From: Antedon mediterranea
Taxonomy: Eukaryota; Animalia; Echinodermata
Reading direction: 5' to 3'
Assembly: GCF_964355755.1 (NCBI RefSeq)
Contig: NC_092675.1
Location: forward strand, 14,418,912 to 14,482,911
DNA length: 64,000 nucleotides
Both the position numbers and the translations under genes were made by a program. The notes beneath the pieces were generated by a model. It worked only from the letters and a program-made list of their open reading frames with translations, was not told the DNA's origin and searched no databases. Shown here piece after piece: positions 12,501-21,550 of this stretch. Position 1 is the stretch's first letter. Every line of letters starts with the position of its first letter.

Positions 12501-13569
12501 AACGTCTCCAAATGCGATTTGAAGCTATTCTTAGCACTTTGGTGTTTATGTTAACAAGTTTTTTCGAAAATCACAAAATGGTCTAAAACGACTCCAAATG
12601 CGATTTGAAGCTATTCTGTACACTTTGGTGTTTTGTGTGAAAAAGTTTTGTCGAAATGCTCAAAATGGTCTAAAACGTCTTTAAATACGATATTAAGCTA
12701 TTTTGTGCTCTTTGATGTTTTTGTGTGAAAAGTGTTATCGAAATGCTCAAAATGGTCTAAAACGGTTTATAATGTGATTCTAAAATGTCTCCAAATGCGA
12801 TTTGAAGCTATTCTTAGCACTTTGGTGTTTTTTATGTTAACAAGTTTTTTCGAAAATCACAAAATGGTCTAAAACGTCTCCAAATGCGATTTGAAGCTAT
12901 TATTAGCACTTTTGTGTTTTTATGTTAACAAGTTTTTTCGAAAATCACAAAATGGTCTAAAACGTCTCCAAATGCGATTTGAAGCTATTCTGTACACTTT
13001 GGTGTTTTGTGTGAAAAAGTTTTGTCGAAATGCTCAAAATGGTCTAAAACGTCTTTAAATACGATATTAAGCTATTTTGTGCTCTTTGATGTTTTTGTGT
13101 GAAAAGTGTTATCGAAATGCTCAACATGGTCTAAAACGGTTTATAATGTGATTCTAAAATGTCTCCAAATGCGATTTTAAGCTATTCTTAGCACTTTGGT
13201 GTTTTTTATGTTAACAAGTTTTTTCGAAAATCACAAAATGGTCTAAAACGTCTCCAAATGCGATTTGAAGCTATTATTAGCACTTTGGTGTTTTTATGTT
13301 AACAAGTTTTTTCGAAAATCACAAAATGGTCTAAAACGTCTCCAAATGCGATTTGAAGCTATTCTGTACACTTTGGTGTTTTGTGTGAAAAAGTTTTGTC
13401 GAAATGCTCAAAATGGTCTAAAACGTCTTTAAATACGATATTAAGCTATTTTGTGCTCTTTGATGTTTTTGTGTGAAAAGTGTTATCGAAATGCTCAAAA
13501 TGGTCTAAAACGGTTTATAATGTGATTCTAAAATGTCTCCAAATGCGATTTTAAGCTATTCTTAGCACT

Positions 13570-15650
13570 TTGGTGTTTTTTATGTTAACAAGTTTCTTCG
13601 AAAATCACAAAATGGTCTAAAACGTCTCCAAATGCGATTTGAAGCTATTATTAGCACTTTGGTGTTTTTATGTTAACAAGTTTTTTCGAAAATCACAAAA
13701 TGGTCTAAAACGTCTCAAAATGCGATTTCAAGCTATTCTGTACAATTTGATGTTTTTATGTTAACAAGTTTTTTCGAAAATCACAAAATGGTCTAAAACG
13801 TCTCCAAATGCGATTTGAAGCTATTCTAAGAACTTTGGTGTTTTTATGTTAACAAGTTTTTTCGAAAATCACAAAATGGTATAAAACGTCTCCAAATGCG
13901 ATTTGAAGCTATTCTAAGCACTTTGGTGTTTTGTGTGAAAAAGTTTTGTCGAAATGCTCAAAATGGTCTAAAACGTTTTTAAATACGATATTAAGCTATT
14001 TTGTGCTCTTTGATGTTTTTGTGTGAAAAGTGTTATCGAAATGCTCAAAATGTTCGAAAACGGTTTATAATGTGATTATAAGCACTTTGATGTTTTTGTG
14101 TAACCAAGTTTTTTCGAAAATCACAAAATGGTCTAAAATGTCTCCAAATGCGATTTGAAGCTATTCTTAGCACTTTGGTGTTGATGTTAACAAGTTTTTT
14201 TGAAAATCACAAAATGGTCTAAAACGTCTCCAAATGCGATTTGAACATATTCTGTACACTTTGATGTTTTTATGTTAACAAGTTTTTTCGAAAATCACAA
14301 AATGGTCTAAAACGTCTCCAAATGCGATTTGAAGCTATGCTAAGCACTTTGGTGTTTTTATGTTAACAAGTTTTTTTGAAAATCACAAAATGGTCTAAAA
14401 CGTCTCCAAATGCGATTTGAAGCTATTCTGTACACTTTGGTGTTTTGTGTGAAAAAGTTTTGTCGAAATGCTCAAAATGGTCTAAAACGTTTTTAAATAC
14501 GATATTAAGCTATTTTGTGCTCTTTGAGGTTTTTGTGTGAAAAGTGTTATCGAAATGCTTAAAATGGTCTAAGCTATTCTAAGCACTTTGGTGTTTTTTA
14601 TGTTAACAAGTTTTTTCGAAAATCACAAAATGGTCTAAAACGTCTCCAAATGCGATTTGAAGCTATTATTAGCACTTTGGTGTTTTTATGTTAACAAGTT
14701 TTTTCGAAAATCACAAAATGGTATAAAACGTCTCCAAATGCGATTTCAAGCTATTCTGTACAATTTGATGTTTTTATGTTAACAAGTTTTTTCGAAAATC
14801 ACAAAATGGTCTAAAACGTCTCCAAATGCGATTTGAAGCTATTCTAAGAACTTTGGTGTTTTTATGTTAACAAGTTTTTTCGAAAATCACAAAATGGTAT
14901 AAAACGTCTCCAAATGCGATTTGAAGCTATTCTAAGCACTTTGGTGTTTTGTGTGAAAAAGTTTTGTCGAAATGCTCAAAATGGTCTAAAACGTTTTTAA
15001 ATACGATATTAAGCTATTTTGTGCTCTTTGATGTTTTTGTGTGAAAAGTGTTATCGAAATGCTCAAAATGTTCGAAAACGGTTTATAATGTGATTATAAG
15101 CACTTTGATGTTTTTGTGTAACCAAGTTTTTTCGAAAATCACAAAATGGTCTAAAATGTCTCCAAATGCGATTTGAAGCTATTCTTAGCACTTTGGTGTT
15201 GATGTTAACAAGTTTTTTTGAAAATCACAAAATGGTCTAAAACGTCTCCAAATGCGATTTGAACATATTCTGTACACTTTGATGTTTTTATGTTAACAAG
15301 TTTTTTCGAAAATCACAAAATGGTCTAAAACGTCTCCAAATGCGATTTGAAGCTATGCTAAGCACTTTGGTGTTTTTATGTTAACAAGTTTTTTTGAAAA
15401 TCACAAAATGGTCTAAAACGTCTCCAAATGCGATTTGAAGCTATTCTGTACACTTAGGTGTTTTGTGTGAAAAAGTTTTGTCGAAATGCTCAAAATGGTC
15501 TAAAACGTTTTTAAATACGATATTAACCTATTTTGTGCTCTTTGAGGTTTTTGTGTGAAAAGTGTTATCGAAATGCTTAAAATGGTCTAAGCTATTCTAA
15601 GCACTTTGGTGTTTTTATGTTAACAAGTTTTTTCGAAAATCACAAAATGG
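13570..15650. repeat. ~1018-bp tandem duplication within the 88-bp satellite
   Basis: TGTTCGAAAACGG at 14051/15069. GAACATATT, GCTATGCTAAG and TTTGAGGTT also recur at the same offset. Boundaries approximate. Confidence 0.8.
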
Positions 15651-17615
15651 TCTAAAACGTCTCCAAATGCGATTTGAAGCTATTCTAAGCACTTTGGTGT
15701 TTTTATGTTAACAAGTTTTTTCGAAAATCACAAAATGGTCTAAACGTCTCCAAATGCGATTTGAAGCTATTCTTAGCACTTTGGTGTTTATGTTAACAAG
15801 TTTTGTCGAAAATCACAAAATGGTCTAAAACGTCTCCATAATGCGATTTGAAGCTATTCTTAGCACTTTGGTGTTTATGTTAACAAGTTTTTTTCGAAAA
15901 TCACAAAATGGTCTAAAACGTCTCCAAATACGATTTGAATCTATTCTAAGCACGTTGGTGTTTTTATGTTAACAATTTTTTTCTCAAATCACAAAATGGT
16001 CTAAAACGTCTCCAAATGCGATTTGAAGCTATTCTAAGAACTTTGGTGTTTTTATGTTAACAAGTTTTTTTCGAAAATCAGAAAATGGTCTAGAACGACT
16101 CCAAATGCGATTTGAAGCTATTCTGTACACTTTGGTGTTTTGTGTGAAAAAGTTGTGTCGAAATGCTCAAAATGGTCTAAAACGTTTTTAAATACGATAT
16201 TAAGCTATTTTGTGCTCTTTGATGTTTTTGTGTGAAAAGTGTTATCGAAATGCTCAAAATGGTCTAAAACGGTTTATAATGTGATTCTAAAATGTCTCCA
16301 AATGCGATTTGAAGCTATTCTTAGCACTTTGGTGTTTTTTATGTTAACAAGTTTTTTCGAAAATCACAAAATGGCCTAAAACGTCTCCAAATGCGATTTG
16401 AAGCTATTCTAAGCACTTTGGTGTTTTTATGTTAACAAGTTTTTTCGAAAATCACAAAATGGTCTAAAACGTCTCCAAATGCGATTTGAAGCTATTCTAA
16501 GAACTTTGGTGTTTTTATGTTAACAAGTTTTTTCGAAAATCACAAAATTGTCTAAAACGTCTCCAAATGCGATTTGAAGCTATTCTAAGCACTTTGGTGT
16601 TTTTATGTTAAGAACTTTTTTCGAAAATCACAAAATGGTCTAAAACGTCTCCAAATGCGATTTGAAGATATTCTTAGCACTTTGGTGTTTTTATGTTAAC
16701 AAGTTTTTTCGAAAATCACAAAATGCTCTAAAACATCTCCAAATGCGATTTGAAGCTATTATAAGCACTTTGGTGTTTTGTGTGAAAAAGTTTTGTCGAA
16801 ATGCTCAAAATGGTCTAAAACGTTTTTAAATACGATATTAAGCTATTTTGTGCTCTTTGATGTTTTTGTGTGAAAAGGATCGAAATTTGGCCATTTTCCG
16901 AAAATTTCCTTTCAGGGGACGACATGAATTTTTTCGAAAAATAACCAAAATGTCTACCATTTAAAATTCATTAATTAGGCTATAATATATCCATTTATGC
17001 ACATATATTGTGTTAACATCATCTTATAGAGCCATAGTAACTAGTTATGTCAAAAAATAAAAGGGTCGAATTTGGTCATTTTTCGAAAAAATTTTCTGCT
17101 GTGGACCATAAGATTTTTTTTCGAAAAATGGCGAAAATTTTCACTTTTTAAAATTCGAAAATTATGCAATAATATTGCCATTTATGCAAATATATTGTGC
17201 TAACATCATCTTATACAGCCAGAGTAACTAGTTATGTCAAAAAATAAAAGGGTCGAAATTTGGCTTTTTTCCAAAATTTTCTTGCGGCGGACCACAGGAA
17301 GTTTTTAGCAAAATGACCAAAATTTCCACCTTTTAAAATTCAATAATTAGACTATAATATTGCCATTTATGCACATATGTTATGTAAACATCAACTTATA
17401 GAGCCATAGTAACTAGTTATGTAAAAAAATAAAAGGTTTGAAATTTCGCCATTTTTGCAACAATTTCCCTGCGGGGGACCATACGATTTTTTTCGAAAAC
17501 GACCAAAATTTCCACCTTTTTAAATTCTATAATTAGGCTATAATATTGCCATTCATGCACATATATTGTGTTAACATCATCTTATACAGCCATAGTAACT
17601 CGTTATGTCAAAAAA

Positions 17616-17810
17616 CAAGGCCAACAACAATAAGTTGCGTGCTCTCAGAAATAAATGAACTTTCAAAAAGTAATGTACTTTAAAACTTTTCTGTACATCA
17701 AAACAGTTCAAAAGTACAGAAAAGCGATAAAACGCAAAGTGATACCGGACCGACAGACAGACCGACAGACCGACCGACATAGTGAACTGTAGAGTCGCGT
17801 CCACGCGACT
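17616..17810 (-). mobile_element. Non-autonomous DINE-1/HINE-like (Helentron-associated) element
   Basis: Inserted in the satellite A-run (TT site on the minus strand). Terminal perfect hairpin AGTCGCGT-CC-ACGCGACT (17793-17810). A related subterminal inverted copy AGTTGCGTG lies near the other end (~17633-17641). Internal (GACC/GACA)n, i.e. GTCY-like microsatellite, at ~17741-17779. Confidence 0.7.
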
Positions 17811-20250
17811 AATAAAAGGTTTGAAGTTTGGCCATTTTTGCGAAAATTTCCCTACCATAGGAATTTTTTTCGAAAAATGGCAAAAATTTCAAATTTTCTA
17901 AATTCTATAATTAGGCTATAATATTGCCATTTATGCGCATATATTGTGTTAACATCATCTTATAGAGCCATAGTAACTAGTTATGTCAAGAAATAAAAGG
18001 GTCGAAATTTTTTTTCGAAAAGTGGTCAAAATTTCCATTGTTCAAAATTACAAAATTATGCTATAATATTGCCATTTATGCAAATATATTGTGCTAACAT
18101 CATCTTATAGAGCTATATTAACTAGTTATGTCAAAAATAAAAGGATAACAATTTGGCCATTTTTTGAAAATGTCCCTGCTGGGGACCATAGGAATTTTTT
18201 CGAAAAATGGCCAAAATTTCCACTTTTAAAAATTCAATAATTATGCTATAATATTGGCATTTATGCAAATATATTGTGTTAACATCATCTTATAGAGACA
18301 TATCAGCTAGTTATGTCAAAAAAATAAAGGGGTCAAAAAATGGCCAAAATTGCCATTTATGCACATATAATTGTGCTGACATCACCTTATAGAGCCATAG
18401 CAACTACTTATGTCAAAATATAAAAGGGTCGAAAATGGCAAAAATTTTACACTTTTTAAAATTAAATAATTATGCTATAATTTTGCCATTTATGGAGATA
18501 TATTGTGTTAACATCATCTTATAGAGCCATCGTAACTAGTTATGTCAAAAAATAAAAGGGTCAAAATTTTGCCAAATTTTCTAAAATTTCCCTCTCGGGG
18601 AATATAGGAATTTTTTCGAAAAAGGGCCAAAATTTCCAATTTTTAAAATTCTATAATTATGCTATAATATTGCCATTTATGCAAATATATTGTGTTAACA
18701 TCATCTTATAGGGCCATCGTAACTAGTTATGTCAAAAAATAAAAGGGTCAAAATTTAACAATTTATCGAAAATTTCCAATTTTTAAAATTCTATAATTAT
18801 GCTATAATATTGCCATTTATGCACATATTATATTATATTATATTAACATCATCTTATAGAGCCATAGAAACGAGTTATGTCAAAAAATAAAAGGATCGTA
18901 ATTTGGCCATTTTTCGAAAAATTTTCCTGCGGGGTACCATAGGATTTTTTTCGAAAAATTGACAAAATTTTCCATTTCTAAAATTCGAAAATTATACTAT
19001 AATATTGTAATTTATGCAAATATAGTGTGCTAACATCATCTTATAGAGACATAGTAACTAGTTATGTCAAAAAATAAAAGAGTCGAAAAATGCCAAAATT
19101 TTCCACTTTTTAAAATTAAATTAGTATGCTATAATATTGCCATTTATGCAAATATATTGTGCTAACATCATCTTATAGAGCCAGAGTAACTAGTTAAGTC
19201 AAAAAATAAAAGTGTCGAAATTTGGCAATTTTCCGACAATTTCCTTGCGGGGGACCACAGGAATTTTTTAGAAAAATAACCAAAATTTCCACTTTTTAAA
19301 ATTCGAAAATTATGCTATGATATTGCCATTTATGCAAATATATTGTGCTAACATGATCTTATAGAGCCATAGTAAGTAGTTATGTCAAAAAATAAAAGGG
19401 TCGAAATTTGGCCATTTTTCGAAAATTTTTCTGCGGGGGACCAAAGGAATTTTTTCGAAAAATGACCAAAATGTCCACCTTTTAAAATTCAATAATTAGG
19501 CTATAATATTGGCATTTATTCACATATTATATTGTGTTAATATCATCTTATAGAGCCATAGTAACGAGTTATGTCAAAAAATAAAAGGAGCGAAATTTTG
19601 CCATTTTTCGAAAATTTTCATGCGGGGGACCATAGGATTTTTTTCGAAAAAAAATTTCCAATTTCTAAAATTCGAAAATTATGCTATAATATTGTAATTT
19701 ATGCAAATATATTGTGCTAACATCATCTTATAGAGCCATAGTTAAAAAAATAAAAGGGTCGACATTTTGAAATTTTTCTAAAATTTTCCTGCGGGATCAT
19801 AGGAAGTTTTTTGAAAAACAAAGAAAAAATAAACAAAATTTCCACCTTTTAAAATTAAATAATTAGGCTATAATTTGAAATTTCGCCGTTATTGCGAAAA
19901 TTTCCACTTTTTAAAATTAAAAAATTATGCTATAATATTGCCATTTATGCACACATATTAAGCTAACATCATCTTATAGAGCCATAGTTATGGCAAAAAA
20001 TAAAATGAAAAAAAAATTGGCCATTTTTAGAAAATTTCCCTGCTGGGGACCATAGGATTTTTTTCGAAAAATTGCCAAAATCTCCACTTTTTAAAAATTC
20101 AATAATTATGCTATAATATTGGCATTTATGCAAATATATTGTGTTAACATCATCTTATAGAGACATAGTAGCTAGTTATGTCAAAAAAATAAAAGGGTCA
20201 AAAAATGGCCAAAATTCCCACTTTTTAAAATTCAATAATTATGCTATAAT

Positions 20251-21550
20251 AAATGTTTAAATCTGAAAAAAAGATAAGAAATATGTAATGATGAAGGATA
20301 AGAAGGTTTAGGTTTAAGTGGGGAAGTGTTTTCATCAAAGCTTTCATATTATAGGTATATACCGTATATATGTAATTTGCACATTCTTACTGCATGTGGA
20401 ATTTTGAAATGATAAAATGGTTAAAAAGAAAAAAAAAATGTCTAATTTTTTTAATGGATCATTAAACACAAATGTTGTTAAATGATAATGTATGTATAAA
20501 AAAATAATAGAATAAATAATAAGTAAAAAAAAATAATTGAATGAACCCACATAGGAAAAAAAAAGTTAAATGAAACTTTGATGGGTTATACTGTAGATGC
20601 AAAAAAGGGATAATCTGTTGGAAATAAATTTTGTAAACATTTAAAGATAAAAAAAATCAATGTTAAAGGATGAGGAAAATATAATGTTAACAGTAAAAAG
20701 TTAGTAAGTAATTAGTATAACAGAGAATATGCATTGTTTAAATGAAAATATGTTTGCATAGATAAATCCAAAGAAAAATAAAATGGGACAAACCCATGGG
20801 ATGGATTTATTAAACATAAACGTATTATAATTGTATGAAATAAATATGCATGTAGATGAAAAAAAAAAACAAAAAAAACTATGTAAGAAAAAATAAGTTT
20901 TGTTAATGAAAATGTGTTATAGATAATATGTATAAAAAGAGGAAACTATGTAATCAATGTGGTTAAATGATAATGTATGTATAAACAAAATAATATATGG
21001 AAATAGTTTTTTTTTTTTTTTTTTTTTTAAAGAAAATAAGTAAAAAAAAAAAAAAGTGGAATGAATCCACCCACATAAGAGAAGAAAGTAAAAAAGTTAA
21101 ATGAAAATTTAAGAAGTTATAGATGCAAAAAAGGATCTGCTGGTTTTGTAAACATTAAAGAACAAAAATATTAATATTAATGTTAAAGGATGAGAACAAT
21201 ATTATGTTAACAGTAAACATTTAGTAAGTAATGAGTATAACAGAGAATATGCATTGTTAAATGAAAATGTGGTAGATGAAAAAATCAAAAACAACTATGT
21301 AAGAAAAAAAAATAAGCTTGTTAATGAAAATGTGTTACAGATAATATGTTTAAAAAGAGGAAGCTATGTAATCAATGTGTCAATATGTAAACAAATGAAT
21401 AAAACTCTTTAAATAAGTATATGTATACAGATGATTAAACAAACATTGTAAATATAATGATATGTATAGTGTATAGTGAAAAATATATGTAAAGAGAACA
21501 GTGGTATGGAAATAAAAGTGGGATGAACCCACATAAGGAAAAAAAAAAAA
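20251..21550 (+). mobile_element. Poly(A)-tailed retroposed insertion (5'-truncated non-LTR retrotransposon 3' end or retrocopy)
   Basis: 14-bp target-site duplication AATTATGCTATAAT at 20237-20250 and 21551-21564. AATAAA at 21511-21516. A-tail at 21539-21550. These are the hallmarks of target-primed reverse transcription. Confidence 0.8.
20465..21380 (+). repeat. Diverged ~0.5-kb internal tandem duplication inside the retroposed insertion
   Basis: GTTAAATGATAATGTATGTATAAA at ~20477 and ~20962. AGTATAACAGAGAATATGCATTGTT at ~20714 and ~21234. ATGAAAATGTGTTA.AGATAATATG at ~20906 and ~21324. Confidence 0.8.

Larger units (their letters stand above)
1347..16877. repeat. ~88-bp satellite array (monomer types A 88 bp, B ~88 bp, C ~77 bp)
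   Basis: Type A consensus read directly: AACAAGTTTTTTCGAAAATCACAAAATGGTCTAAAACGTCTCCAAATGCGATTTGAAGCTATTCTAAGCACTTTGGTGTTTTTATGTT. B is GAAAAAGTTTTGTCGAAATGCTC...GTTTTTAAATACGATATTAAG. C is GAAAAGTGTTATCGAAATGCTC...GGTTTATAATGTGATTTTAAGC. All copies are head-to-tail in one orientation. Confidence 0.97.

Noticed and set aside
17577-17858. 93-aa minus-strand ORF
   Set aside because: It spans satellite plus the HINE-like insert; the SVGLSVCLSV stretch is translated microsatellite.
19415-19445. CENP-B box-like TTCG...CGGG in the 186-bp monomer
   Set aside because: TTCG and CGGG are ~12-13 nt apart instead of the 7 nt required by the canonical box.
20300-20325. Telomere-like GGTTTAGGTTTAAG
   Set aside because: Only two imperfect units inside the retro-insertion; no TTAGGG array.
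20344-20550. 68-aa minus-strand ORF
   Set aside because: Low-complexity F/I/L peptide from the antisense of an A-rich UTR-like sequence.
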